Source: Chromatiaceae bacterium
GTDB lineage: Bacteria > Pseudomonadota > Gammaproteobacteria > Chromatiales > Chromatiaceae
DNA: 64,000 nt
Assembly: GCA_024235215.1 (NCBI GenBank)
Contig: JACKMU010000008.1
Span: 150,563 to 214,562, forward strand
Direction: 5' to 3'
Shown here: positions 46,493-56,790 of the stretch, one piece after another
How positions within the stretch are numbered: position 1 is the first letter of the stretch
Layout: every line of letters begins with the position of its first letter
The notes under the pieces: model-generated
The model's database searches: none
Seen by the model: the letters and a program-made list of their open reading frames with translations, nothing else
Told to the model about the DNA's origin: nothing
Translations under genes and position numbers: made by a program

Positions 46493-47412
46493 CGCTCTCC
46501 CTCCCCGCGCCCCTTCATCGCGCCTTTTGCCACCTCGACGATCCCAGCCAGCGAACCGATCAAGCTGGAAGCCTCCAAAGGCATCATAATCACCTTCTGG
46601 TTGTTCGCGGAGGCGATCTCCTTGAGTGCTTCGGTATACTTCTGTGCAATGAAGTAGTTGATCGCATTGACGTCACCCTTGGCAATCGCCTGCGAGACCA
46701 TCATGGTCGCTTTGGCCTCCGCCTCTGCCAACCGCTCGCGCGCCTCAGCCTCACGAAATGCCGCCTCTTTCTCGCCTTCCGCCTCCAGGATCGCCGCCTG
46801 CTTGTGTCCCTCAGCCTGCAGAATCTCGGACTGTCGTTGACCTTCGGACTCGAGTATGGCCGCCCGCTTCTCGCGCTCGGCCTTCATCTGTCGCGCCATT
46901 GCATCGACCAGGTCTTTTGGTGGTGAAATATCTTTGATCTCGATGCGCGTCACCTTGACCCCCCAGGGAGTGGTGGCGTCATCCACTACGCTGAGTAGTT
47001 GGGCGTTGATATGATCGCGCTTGGAGAGCAGCTCATCCAGATCCATCGAACCCATCACCGTGCGGATGTTGGTCATGGTCAGGTTCAAGATAGCGTGGGT
47101 CAGATTGCTCACCTCATAGGCCGCCTTGGCCGCATCGAGGATTTGAAAAAAGACCACGCCGTCCACGGTAACCATGGCGTTGTCACGCGTAATCACCTCC
47201 TGTGATGGCACATCGAGCACCTGCTCCATCATGTTGAGCTTGGCACCCACGGTGTCGATGACGGGTACGATCAAGTTCAATCCAGGACGCAACGTTTTCG
47301 TGTATCTCCCGAATCTCTCCACAGTATACTCCGCACCCTGCGGCACCCGTTTTGCGCCCAGGACCACCAGCACAATGGCCAGTACCACAAATATCAACGC
47401 AAACTCACCCAT
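46489..47412 (-). CDS. SPFH/band 7 (stomatin-like, QmcA-type) protein
   Basis: 307-aa ORF with an N-terminal anchor, an SPFH core ([24 protein letters not shown]) and an AEGE/EAE-rich coiled coil. Confidence 0.85.
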   Translation of the reverse strand: MGEFALIFVVLAIVLVVLGAKRVPQGAEYTVERFGRYTKTLRPGLNLIVPVIDTVGAKLNMMEQVLDVPSQEVITRDNAMVTVDGVVFFQILDAAKAAYEVSNLTHAILNLTMTNIRTVMGSMDLDELLSKRDHINAQLLSVVDDATTPWGVKVTRIEIKDISPPKDLVDAMARQMKAEREKRAAILESEGQRQSEILQAEGHKQAAILEAEGEKEAAFREAEARERLAEAEAKATMMVSQAIAKGDVNAINYFIAQKYTEALKEIASANNQKVIMMPLEASSLIGSLAGIVEVAKGAMKGRGEGER

Positions 47413-47545
47413 ATTCTCAACTCCAGTAATCTAGTGTGTACCGGTGATCGCTCCCAGTATACGCGAGGCAGTGGCAGCGTAAACCTTGGGGTAAACTATC
47501 CCTCCAGACACTGAATCGTCCCTATTCATCCAATATTGAGTGACA

Positions 47546-48295
47546 ATGTACCCTAAACCACCCAAAGCGCTGCTACGCAAAGTCGGACGCGCAATCGCCG
47601 ATTTCAACATGATCCGCGACCAGGACCGGATCCTGCTCGGGGTATCTGGTGGCAAAGATTCGCTCTCGCTTCTGCTGATTCTGAAGCATCTTCAGACATA
47701 CGCCCCGGTACGGTTCGATCTGGGGGTGATCACCGTCGATCCGCAGGTGGATGGATTCAATCCCGAGGCGCTCAAATCCTACTACGACACAATCCAGATA
47801 ACGTACCACTACCGCTCCCAACCGATCATGGCCCAGGCACAGCAGAACATGGACGGCGACTCATTCTGCGCCTACTGTTCGCGCATGAAGCGTGGCATCA
47901 TGTACTCCACCTGCCGCGAGCATGGCTATAATGTGCTGGCGCTTGGTCAGCATCTGGACGACCTCGCCGAGAGCCTGCTGCTGTCAATGTTTCATGGCGG
48001 CCAGTTGCGCACCATGAAGGCGCACTATCTGAACGATGCCGGAGACATCCGCATCATTCGGCCACTGGTCTACTGCCGTGAGAGCCAGACCGGTGCCTAC
48101 GCCCGCGAAGCGACGCTGCCGATCGTCGCCGACAGCTGCCCCGCCTGCTTCAGTGCACCGACCCGGCGTCAGCACATGAAAGAGCTGTTGGCAAGAGAGG
48201 AGCGGCAGAGCAGGCATCTGTTCGCCAACCTGTTGCACGCAATGCGGCCGCTGATGGAGGGCCGGGGAGTGAGTGCCGGGGATTCCTGGCCCTAG
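47546..48295 (+). CDS. ttcA: tRNA 2-thiocytidine(32) synthetase
   Basis: PP-loop LLGVSGGKDSLSLL and the cysteine motifs CAYCSRMKRG and CPAC. The track start is GTG 47540. Confidence 0.85.
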   Translation: MYPKPPKALLRKVGRAIADFNMIRDQDRILLGVSGGKDSLSLLLILKHLQTYAPVRFDLGVITVDPQVDGFNPEALKSYYDTIQITYHYRSQPIMAQAQQNMDGDSFCAYCSRMKRGIMYSTCREHGYNVLALGQHLDDLAESLLLSMFHGGQLRTMKAHYLNDAGDIRIIRPLVYCRESQTGAYAREATLPIVADSCPACFSAPTRRQHMKELLAREERQSRHLFANLLHAMRPLMEGRGVSAGDSWP

Positions 48296-48299
48296 GCCC

Positions 48300-48467
48300 C
48301 TAGGAGCCTGTCTGACTTATCCGTTTGAAGCGAAAATCACCGGGGGCGAATCAAATCAGTTTATCGAACGAGGCGAATAGTGGGCCTATTTAACGAGGTC
48401 GATAAGCTGAGTTGATCGTCATCCGGGGATTTGCAGCCAAACAGTGTTAAGTCAGACAGGCTCCTAG
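48300..48467 (+). mobile_element. 168-bp MITE-like element, copy 3
   Basis: Identical to copies 1 and 2. Starts 4 nt after the ttcA TAG and ends 11 nt before the convergent traB-like stop. Confidence 0.85.
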
Positions 48468-48478
48468 CCCTCGCCTTA

Positions 48479-49678
48479 TCATCCCGCCAGCCGTTCGAAA
48501 ATGCGGAAACCGGCCAGGTAGGTGCCCGCCGCCGATCCCAGGGTACTGAGCAGGAATACCAGCAGAGTGCGTGAGACGCGATTCTTCCACCACCCTTTGA
48601 GTCTGGTGGTATCCTGCCGCAACCGCCCAAAATCACCCACTCTGGGCTTGCGCAGGTAGATCTCGACTGCGGCAGTCACCATACCGGCACCGATCGTCGG
48701 ATTCAGCGAGGTGATTGGCGCAGCGAAGAAAGCGATGATCACCGTCAACGGATGCGCCGCTGCTATCAATGCGCCCAACGCGCACAGTGAGCCATTGATC
48801 ACCACCCAGTCCAGCACCAATCGCCAGCCCAGTTCCGGGCTGCGGCTGAAGCCGAGTGCGAAGCCAAACAACAGCAGCGCAACAATGATCCAGGGTATCA
48901 GCTTGGGCCAACTGCTCGGCTGCGGTAGTTGATCCAGTGCCGCAATGGACGCTGCCGGCTGCGTGATACCCTGCTCGAGATAGCTTTTGATCCCTTTCAG
49001 ATGGCCGGCACCCACCACCGCGAGAATATTTTCGTGACTGTGGGTCTCCGCCTCCTGTTGCAACCGGGCCGCCATATAACGGTCCCGTTCGTCGATCAGC
49101 GGCAGGTAGAGATCCTGCCGCTCTTCGGCAAACTCGGCAAAGGTGGTCTCCAGCATATCCCCCTGCTTGAGTCCTTCGATCTCCTCTTCGCTCACCTCCT
49201 CCCGCGAGATCACACTGGCCAGCAGCCCTGCCACTATGCCCAGACGCCGCCACCAGGGAATGTTGTGCATCACCCTCTTCAGGGTGATACCCAGCTCCCG
49301 GTCGATCAGCAGCACCGGGCATTGATTCTCACGGGCATAGGTCACGGCGGCGCGCTGCTCCGCACCCGGCTCGATATCGAACTGCTCGGCAATGCGCTGC
49401 TGATAGGCGCCAAGCGCCAGATTGGCCGCCACCATGCTGGCCTTTCCCTCTCTGAATACCCGGAACAGATCCATACGTGAGAGCGCGTCCGGATCCACCA
49501 GTGCGTTGTAGCGACTGGGGCACAGCTCAACCGCGACCGCGTCATATTCTCCTGTTGCCAGCAACTCCTTGACATGCTCCGCACTGGCACGCGAAACATG
49601 TGCGGTACCGAGTAGCGTGACGCGGCTGCTGCCGATCTGGATATCCGCTCGCGGCTGCTGGTCAGGTACATGTGTCAT
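48479..49678 (-). CDS. TraB/GumN-family protein
   Basis: 399-aa ORF with VTLLGTAHVSRASAEHV, VVGAGHLKGI and C-terminal TM helices. Confidence 0.75.
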   Translation of the reverse strand: MTHVPDQQPRADIQIGSSRVTLLGTAHVSRASAEHVKELLATGEYDAVAVELCPSRYNALVDPDALSRMDLFRVFREGKASMVAANLALGAYQQRIAEQFDIEPGAEQRAAVTYARENQCPVLLIDRELGITLKRVMHNIPWWRRLGIVAGLLASVISREEVSEEEIEGLKQGDMLETTFAEFAEERQDLYLPLIDERDRYMAARLQQEAETHSHENILAVVGAGHLKGIKSYLEQGITQPAASIAALDQLPQPSSWPKLIPWIIVALLLFGFALGFSRSPELGWRLVLDWVVINGSLCALGALIAAAHPLTVIIAFFAAPITSLNPTIGAGMVTAAVEIYLRKPRVGDFGRLRQDTTRLKGWWKNRVSRTLLVFLLSTLGSAAGTYLAGFRIFERLAG

Positions 49679-50050
49679 CGGATCGTTCCCTTGGAGTTTT
49701 CAGCCAACCGCGCTCTCTACCACCCTGACCCCGAAAGAGCCGCAGCAGCAATTCAGTACCGTTTTTTCAGCGTGGCGGGTTTGATTGTCTTATTTGTGTC
49801 CGGAAACCCCCATCCATGGGATGTTTCCTGAATGAAACCGGAAAATGCGATTTCCCCGGTTTCGTCGTGTTAAATGACTTATCGTCTTTGAACTTGTCAG
49901 CACATCCTTGTGCCGAGATAGTGTCCGCCGTTTCCGGGCCTGGCGCCGCCAGCACGGGCGATGCATCTTAACAGGGATAGCGGTTGTTGTGTGATTCGTT
50001 GTCACTCGCTTACTATGTCGCAACTCCCGCGTTATTCGAATCTGGCACGA

Positions 50051-50467
50051 ATGTACAACCCTAGCTTGCGAACGCTTTTTCCGCTCCTGGCCCTGCTCCT
50101 GCTGTTGGTCGGTGGCTGCCAGACGCTGGAGAGTAAGCGGTCGAACATAGAGTTGGAAAATGTGCTCAATAGTTACCACACCACGATACGCTGGGACAGG
50201 CCGGAAAAGGCCTATCTGTTCCTGAAGCCGGCCCACTTTGCCGGTGAGCGTCTGCCGGCTGGCCTGGATAATGTCCGGGTGACGGGCTATGAGGTGATCC
50301 AGCCACCGGCACCCGTAAGTGATGGGGTGGTCGCCCAGACGGTGAGGATCTCTTATGTGCTGGAGGATCGCCAGATAGAGCGAAATCTGCTGGATCAACA
50401 GCTGTGGGAATACCAGACAGAGAGCAGAATCTGGTACCGCATCAATCCCATACCGGCATACCAATGA
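50051..50467 (+). CDS. hypothetical lipoprotein
   Basis: 138 aa from MYNPSLRTLFPLLALLLLLVGGCQT (lipobox LVGGC). The track ORF starts 30 codons earlier. Confidence 0.55.
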   Translation: MYNPSLRTLFPLLALLLLLVGGCQTLESKRSNIELENVLNSYHTTIRWDRPEKAYLFLKPAHFAGERLPAGLDNVRVTGYEVIQPPAPVSDGVVAQTVRISYVLEDRQIERNLLDQQLWEYQTESRIWYRINPIPAYQ

Positions 50468-50474
50468 GCCTTAG

Positions 50475-51551
50475 ATGCAGGTGAGATCCATGCGGGGTGA
50501 CACCAGAGTTGGCAGCAACATACTGGTAAGCGTGGCGGCGATCGTGGTCATCGTGGCAGGCATACGGGAGGCACAACCGTTGCTGGTGCCCTTCCTGCTA
50601 TCGGTATTTATCGCGATTATCGTGACTCCGGCGCTCTCCTTTCTGAAGTCACACCGCATCCCCACCGGAGTGGCCATCCTGCTCATCGCGTTGCTGATCG
50701 TGATTGTCGGACTACTGCTGGGTGGATTGATCGGCAACTCGGTCGAAACCTTCTCCAGCCAGCTGCCGGTCTATCAGGAGAAGTTACGCAGTTTGACTGC
50801 AGCCATGTCGCGGTGGCTCGCAGCAAGAGGGGTGGTGATTTCTACCCACTCTGTCACCGCACTGCTCGATCCGGCACGGGCACTGAGTATGGCTGCTCAA
50901 GGATTGACCAGCCTCACCGGGCTGTTGACCAACACGCTGCTGATTCTGCTGACCGTGGTGTTTCTGCTGGTAGAGAGTAGCGACCTGCCCATCAAGCTGC
51001 GGCTGATACTGGACGATCCGGAGCACTCCTATCGCCATTTCGGCCGCTTTCTCGACAACATCAAACACTACATGCTGATCAAAACCGCCACCAGTCTGCT
51101 AACCGGTATGCTGGTCGCGACCATACTCTGGGCACTCGGAGTGGACTTTCCCCTGCTCTGGGGGCTGGTTGCGTTTTTTCTGAACTTTGTCCCCAACATC
51201 GGCTCGCTTATCGCGGCAGTGCCGGCCATTCTGTTGGCGCTGGTACAACTGGGAGTGGCCAGCGCTTTCTGGGTCAGCATCGGCTATCTGGTGATCAACA
51301 ATCTGGTGGGAAACTTCATCGAGCCGCGCTTCATGGGGCGCGGACTGGGGCTCTCCGCGCTGGTGGTCTTCCTCTCGCTGGTCTTCTGGGGCTGGGTGCT
51401 CGGTACCATCGGCATGTTCCTTTCGGTACCGCTGACGATGACGCTCAAGATTGCGCTCGACAGCAACGATCGGACCCGTTGGATCGCGATCCTGCTTGGC
51501 CCCTGCCCGCAGGAGCACAGCGCGTCTCAGCAGGAGGATCCATCCGCGTGA
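50475..51551 (+). CDS. AI-2E family transporter (PerM/YhhT-like)
   Basis: 358-aa polytopic ORF with FFLNFVPNIGSLIAAVPAILLAL and RFMGRGLGLSALVVFLSLVFWGWVLG. Confidence 0.8.
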   Translation: MQVRSMRGDTRVGSNILVSVAAIVVIVAGIREAQPLLVPFLLSVFIAIIVTPALSFLKSHRIPTGVAILLIALLIVIVGLLLGGLIGNSVETFSSQLPVYQEKLRSLTAAMSRWLAARGVVISTHSVTALLDPARALSMAAQGLTSLTGLLTNTLLILLTVVFLLVESSDLPIKLRLILDDPEHSYRHFGRFLDNIKHYMLIKTATSLLTGMLVATILWALGVDFPLLWGLVAFFLNFVPNIGSLIAAVPAILLALVQLGVASAFWVSIGYLVINNLVGNFIEPRFMGRGLGLSALVVFLSLVFWGWVLGTIGMFLSVPLTMTLKIALDSNDRTRWIAILLGPCPQEHSASQQEDPSA

Positions 51552-51770
51552 AAAGCTCTTCACCACCGGTTTGCCGGGGCAACGTTGAAGTGGTCCAGCG
51601 TTTTGTGGCAACACGCGATGTGCTGTTGCTCCGCAGCCAGTCAAGAGAACTTCGGGTTGGACCTACCCAGAGCCTTCTTAACAACGGTACTATTGGATGG
51701 AGTTACCCAGTGTCCCGACCTTTTCAGATACGATTGCGTCAATTCCTGCTCCTCAGTCGGAAGAGAGACC

Positions 51771-52421
51771 ATGCCATTACATTTCAGTGAGAAGCCCGGA
51801 CGCCGGGAACGGCACCTGTTGCGCAAGCAAAACAATCCACTCTTCCCACAGTCGCAGCGGCAGATCAGCAGCGGAGCACTGGAACAGGCGCAGCGCCTGG
51901 ATCACGAGGAGTTGGTGGAATTCATCACTCAATTCCGCAAGCTGATCCTGGAAGTGGCCGAGTTGCAACCGAATGCCGAGAGCGGTCTGATACTGAGCCT
52001 GAAGGAGCGGTTGGACAAATGCTACGAACAGTCGGCCGGACTGGCCGACGACCAACGCGAAACCCAGCAGGCGATAGTCAAGCTGCAGCAACTGATCATG
52101 GCAGCAGTACGCAAGGGTGCCGGCGATGACCCGATCGCGCTGCAGGAGCTGGTGCAGGAGGAACGGGCACGCAGCGCCCATTTTGAACTGCTCGCCTTCC
52201 CGCTGGTCGCCGATCTGCTGGCGCCTGATTCTCCGGTCGGTGCCAATGAACTGGCAGCAACACTATTGTCCGTACCACAAAAAGAGTTCGACGCCGCGCT
52301 TTCGCTGTTCGATGAAGATCAGCGGGTGTTACTGCAGCGCGACGTAGAAGCGTTGCTGTCTGAGCTACCCGGGACAGCGGATACACTACACCCACGTCTG
52401 GCCCAGCTACAGCCGCGCTGA
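51771..52421 (+). CDS. hypothetical protein
   Basis: 216 aa from MPLHFSEKPGRRE, predicted helical and soluble, with GGAAGAGAG upstream of ATG 51771. I recognise no family. Confidence 0.5.
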   Translation: MPLHFSEKPGRRERHLLRKQNNPLFPQSQRQISSGALEQAQRLDHEELVEFITQFRKLILEVAELQPNAESGLILSLKERLDKCYEQSAGLADDQRETQQAIVKLQQLIMAAVRKGAGDDPIALQELVQEERARSAHFELLAFPLVADLLAPDSPVGANELAATLLSVPQKEFDAALSLFDEDQRVLLQRDVEALLSELPGTADTLHPRLAQLQPR

Positions 52422-52471
52422 AACAGCATGGATGAGCCGCGAGCGATCCGTCCACAATCCCCCGCCACCAC

Positions 52472-55400
52472 TTACAGCAGTACCCGTTCAATCCCACCAT
52501 TACGCAGAGTGGAGAGGATCTGCCGCTGCCACCCCGACCCCAGCCGGTCGCGCGCCAGCTCCTCCACTATGTAACTTACCCGCAGCCCGGTATCATCCTG
52601 GTAACGGTTGAGCCCCTGTTGACAGGCGGGGCAGCTGGTAAGCAGCTTTACCTCACCGTGCTCGACGCGGTCGCTCCCGGTCCACCCTTGGATACCTGCC
52701 TGAAGCTCCTGCTGCTTGCGAAATCTGAGCTGATTGGCGATGTCCGGTCGAGCCACCCCGAGCGTACCGGCTTCACCACAGCAGCGATCGGAGAGTTGCA
52801 CTTGGGCGCCCATCAGCCTGCGGGTCACTTCCAGCGGAGAATAATGCTTTATCGGCGAGTGGCATGGATCGTGATAGAGATAGCCAGTTTGCGCCGCTTG
52901 CTGTAATGCCACCCCACTCTCCATCAGGTATTCGTGAATATCCAACAGGCGGCAACCGGGAAAGATCTGCTCGAATTCGTACTTCAGCAGCTGGTCCATA
53001 CAGGTGCCGCAGGAGACGATGACCGTTTTGATATCCATGTAGTTGAGGGTGTTGGCGATGCGGTGAAACAGCACCCGGTTTTCCGTGGTGATCTGTCGCC
53101 CCCGCTGTTCCTGGCCCGTCGCGGTCTGCGGATAGCCGCAGCAAAGATAACCGGGCGGTAGCACCAGCTGATCTCCCAGATCACACACCATCGCGATGGT
53201 GGCCAAACCGATATCACTGAAGAGCCGCTCCGAACCGCAACCAGGAAAGTAGAAGATCGCCTCCGATTCTTCATGGACACGTACCGGATCGCACAGAATC
53301 GGGACGAAACGTCTGTCTTCCAGTTCCAGCAGTGCGCGCAGGCTCTGCTTTGGCAACTCCACACGCAACGGACGCCGCACCAATTCCACTACTTGAGTCC
53401 GTAAATCGCTGCAGCCCGTGGTGGCAGCAGGGAGGCGCCCCCGTTCACCGAGCAATCCGAAACGCTTGAGGAGTGTATGCCCCAGCGTCACCCCCTTGAA
53501 GCCCCACTCCAGTAACAGCTTGCGCAGCAGGCGGATGGTGTGCGGATCACTGGCGTTGAGAAAACCCATCGCTGCCCAGCTACCCAGGCTGGTACGCTTT
53601 TTACCGCGTTCACTCAGAATCTTGCGCATGCGTACGGTGACGTCACCAAAATCTATGTCCACCGGACAGGGATTTTGGCACTTGTGACAAACCGTACAAT
53701 GGTCCGCCACATCGTTCATCTCGTCGAAATGGCGCAGCGACAACCCACGTCGGGTCTGCTCTTCATAGAGAAACGCCTCTATCATCAGCCCGGTCGCCAG
53801 AATTTTGTTGCGCGGCGAATAGAGCAGATTGGCGCGCGGTACATGCGTCTGGCAAACCGGCTTGCACTTGCCGCAGCGCAGGCAGTGTTTGACATCGTCG
53901 TTGAGCTCACCCAGCTCGCTCTCTTCCAGGATGATCGCCTCCAGCTGAACCAGACGTAGCGATGGGGTATAAGCGCCCTCCAGCCCGGATCCCGGCATCA
54001 ACTTTCCCGGATTGAAGCGCGCATCCGGATCCATCTTCCGCTTGTAGTCGACGAACTGCTGCAACTTTTGCTGATCCAGGTATCTGATCTTGGTCAGACC
54101 GATACCGTGTTCGCCGGAGATCACGCCATTCAAGGATTGCGCCAATGCCATCACCTGATCCACTATCCGATCGGCTTCGTGCAGCATCTGGTAGTCATGG
54201 GAGTGAACCGGAATATTGGTATGCACGTTACCGTCACCGGCGTGCATGTGCAGCGCCACAAATAAGCGCGCATCGCGGATCTCGTGATGAATCCGGTCGA
54301 GTTTTGCCCGCACCGGCGCCATCTCCTGGCCATTGAGAATCTCTCCCAGCGGGGCAGCCACCTCACCGCGGTAGCTCTGTACCAGGTCACGCCGCAACAG
54401 CAGTTCGAGCAGCGTATCACCTGGGCGCACCAGAGAGCGTTCCTGGTCGTCCAACAGTTCCAGATGCTCAACAAGGGGCGCCTCAAGATTGTTCAGAATG
54501 TGTTCCCAGCGCTTGGCGGCGGCCGCAACCAGCGCCTGGGCCGCCTCCTGTTTGGACGCTTGAATTGCATCGTTTTCACTGGAGGACTGATACTCCTCGC
54601 TCTGGCGCGCCTCGGGGAGAGTGCCGCTGAGATATACCTGCACAGCGTGCATGATACGCAGCTTGTTGCCGATCGATTGCTCGATATTGATGCGCTCGAT
54701 ACCGCGACTGTATTCTGCCAGACGATCCAGTGGAATCACCACGTCCTCGTTGATCTTGAACGCGTTGGTATGGGCAGAGATCGCTGCGGTGCGCGCCCGG
54801 TCCAGCCAGAAGCTGCGCCTCGCTTCCGGGCTGACTGCGATGAACCCTTCGGCCTGACGCTCTTTTGCCAGCTGCACCAGATACACTGCTGTCTGCGTCA
54901 GCAGATCCTCATCGTCTGAGACGAGATCCGCCAGCAGCACCATTTTCGGGCGTTCACTGCGAGGCGCCTTGGTGGCGTATTTGACCGCCTTGATGTAGCG
55001 CTCATCGAGATGTTCCAGGCCTGCCAACTGGACGCCGGGACGGGCGTCTATGTATGCCTTGATCTCGACGATCGCCGGCACCGACGCCGACAGATCGGTG
55101 CCGAAAAACTCCAGGCAGAGGGTGCGCCCATGCGCCGGCATGCGGTGCAGCACGAAACGCGCTGAGGTGATCAGTCCATCGCACCCCTCCTTCTGTACCC
55201 CCGGCAAGCCGGAGAGAAATTTATCGGTCACATCTTTACCCAGTCCCGCTTTGCGGAAGCTGGCACCGGGCATGCTCAGTATCTCCGGGTCACTGACTGG
55301 CCGGTCTCCGATCGCAGCATAGCGACTGATGCGGAAGCTCACTTCCGGCTGGTCGTGGATCTTGCCCAGATTGTGGTTGAGTCGCTCTACTTCCAGCCAA

Positions 55401-56329
55401 CACCCATCCGCAGTCACCATGCGCCAGGAGACCAGATTATCCAGGGTAGTCCCCCAGAGCACCGCTTTCTTGCCACCGGCATTCATCGCGATGTTGCCGC
55501 CGATGGTCGATGCATCCTGCGAGGTGGGATCGACGGCGAAGACGAGACCCGCTGCGGCCGCCAGATCGGAGACCCTGCGTGTCACCACACCGGCACCTGC
55601 CCACACCGTCGGCACTCTCCGCGCACCCCCCGGCAGCAGCTGATACTCCACCGCACCGAGTTGTTCCAGCTTCTCGGTATTGATCACCGCGCAGCGGCTC
55701 TCCAGGGGTACCGCCGACCCGGTATATCCGGTGCCACCACCCCGCGCAATCAGTGAAAGGCCACACTCGATGCAGGCCTTGACGATCGGAGCAATCTCCT
55801 CCTCGCTATCGGGGCTGATCACCACAAAAGGCATCTCAACCCGCCAGTCAGTGGCATCGGTTGAGTGGGAGATACGTGCCAGCCCGCCAAAATCGACATT
55901 GTCGCGCCGGGTGAGCGGTGCCAGCGCACGACGTATGCGCTGACGCAACCGCTCGTTACTGGCGAAGCAGTTGGCGAAAGTATCCACTGAGGTACGCGCT
56001 GCCTGCAGCAGTTGCAGCGCCTTGAGGTTGCCGTTGGCGCGCCCTTCGAACTGATCCAGGCGATGTTTCAGCGCACTGATCAGCGCCCCTCTGCGCCCCT
56101 CATCCTCCTGCAGATCGTCCTGCAGGTAGGGGTTTCTCACCACCACCCACATGTCCCCCAGCACTTCGAACAGCATGCGCGCGGAACGCCCGGTGCGTCG
56201 GCTTCCACGCAGCTCGGTGATCAGGTTCCACATCTCCTCACCGAGAAAGCGGATAGTGATCTCGCGGTCGGAGAACGAGGTGTAGTTATACGGGATCTCA
56301 CGGATACGATGGGACTGTGGATTACTCAT
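52472..56329 (-). CDS. DUF3683-FAD-binding oxidase-(Fe-S)/CCG fusion oxidoreductase
   Basis: 1285-aa ORF. N-terminal [16 protein letters not shown] (DUF3683-type), GlcD-like FAD-binding domain ([14 protein letters not shown]), ferredoxin motifs ([23 protein letters not shown]) and two CCG repeats. Confidence 0.8.
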   Translation of the reverse strand: MSNPQSHRIREIPYNYTSFSDREITIRFLGEEMWNLITELRGSRRTGRSARMLFEVLGDMWVVVRNPYLQDDLQEDEGRRGALISALKHRLDQFEGRANGNLKALQLLQAARTSVDTFANCFASNERLRQRIRRALAPLTRRDNVDFGGLARISHSTDATDWRVEMPFVVISPDSEEEIAPIVKACIECGLSLIARGGGTGYTGSAVPLESRCAVINTEKLEQLGAVEYQLLPGGARRVPTVWAGAGVVTRRVSDLAAAAGLVFAVDPTSQDASTIGGNIAMNAGGKKAVLWGTTLDNLVSWRMVTADGCWLEVERLNHNLGKIHDQPEVSFRISRYAAIGDRPVSDPEILSMPGASFRKAGLGKDVTDKFLSGLPGVQKEGCDGLITSARFVLHRMPAHGRTLCLEFFGTDLSASVPAIVEIKAYIDARPGVQLAGLEHLDERYIKAVKYATKAPRSERPKMVLLADLVSDDEDLLTQTAVYLVQLAKERQAEGFIAVSPEARRSFWLDRARTAAISAHTNAFKINEDVVIPLDRLAEYSRGIERINIEQSIGNKLRIMHAVQVYLSGTLPEARQSEEYQSSSENDAIQASKQEAAQALVAAAAKRWEHILNNLEAPLVEHLELLDDQERSLVRPGDTLLELLLRRDLVQSYRGEVAAPLGEILNGQEMAPVRAKLDRIHHEIRDARLFVALHMHAGDGNVHTNIPVHSHDYQMLHEADRIVDQVMALAQSLNGVISGEHGIGLTKIRYLDQQKLQQFVDYKRKMDPDARFNPGKLMPGSGLEGAYTPSLRLVQLEAIILEESELGELNDDVKHCLRCGKCKPVCQTHVPRANLLYSPRNKILATGLMIEAFLYEEQTRRGLSLRHFDEMNDVADHCTVCHKCQNPCPVDIDFGDVTVRMRKILSERGKKRTSLGSWAAMGFLNASDPHTIRLLRKLLLEWGFKGVTLGHTLLKRFGLLGERGRLPAATTGCSDLRTQVVELVRRPLRVELPKQSLRALLELEDRRFVPILCDPVRVHEESEAIFYFPGCGSERLFSDIGLATIAMVCDLGDQLVLPPGYLCCGYPQTATGQEQRGRQITTENRVLFHRIANTLNYMDIKTVIVSCGTCMDQLLKYEFEQIFPGCRLLDIHEYLMESGVALQQAAQTGYLYHDPCHSPIKHYSPLEVTRRLMGAQVQLSDRCCGEAGTLGVARPDIANQLRFRKQQELQAGIQGWTGSDRVEHGEVKLLTSCPACQQGLNRYQDDTGLRVSYIVEELARDRLGSGWQRQILSTLRNGGIERVLL

Positions 56330-56375
56330 GGTGAATCGAGCGCAGTCAACTGAGGAATCTGTGTGCGACCGCTCT

Positions 56376-56696
56376 TTAGGGGAAAACCGCCGGCACCTCG
56401 TCCGCCTGCAGCATTCTCACCATGCTGCAGGCGACAGTGCAGGTTGCGCCATCGGCTTGGCAGCGAACCACCTCGACTTCGGCATACAGCGGGGGGGTGA
56501 TATCCCGTTGCGGCCGGATTTCAACATTGAGCCGGGTACCGATAGCGAAGGTACTCTCCACTTGCAACAACAGACCGCCACCACTCAGATCCTTGGCAAT
56601 CGCGCTGCCGACCTGGTCACCGCCCTGAATCCGGTAACGGGCCACACTGTTGATGTACATGCGCGGATAATCGCGCTTTTCTGAGTAGTCCTGCAT
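56376..56696 (-). CDS. PilZ domain-containing protein
   Basis: 106 aa from [17 protein letters not shown]...[13 protein letters not shown] (RxxxR-like and D/NxSxxG c-di-GMP-binding patterns). Confidence 0.65.
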   Translation of the reverse strand: MQDYSEKRDYPRMYINSVARYRIQGGDQVGSAIAKDLSGGGLLLQVESTFAIGTRLNVEIRPQRDITPPLYAEVEVVRCQADGATCTVACSMVRMLQADEVPAVFP

Positions 56697-56790
56697 AGTT
56701 TCTGGTTCCCTGCGTGCTATCACTGGTCAACAGCATTAAAATTGTCTGAGCCACTCTCTTCGGCGATGATCGCAAAAACTTGATCAGCCA

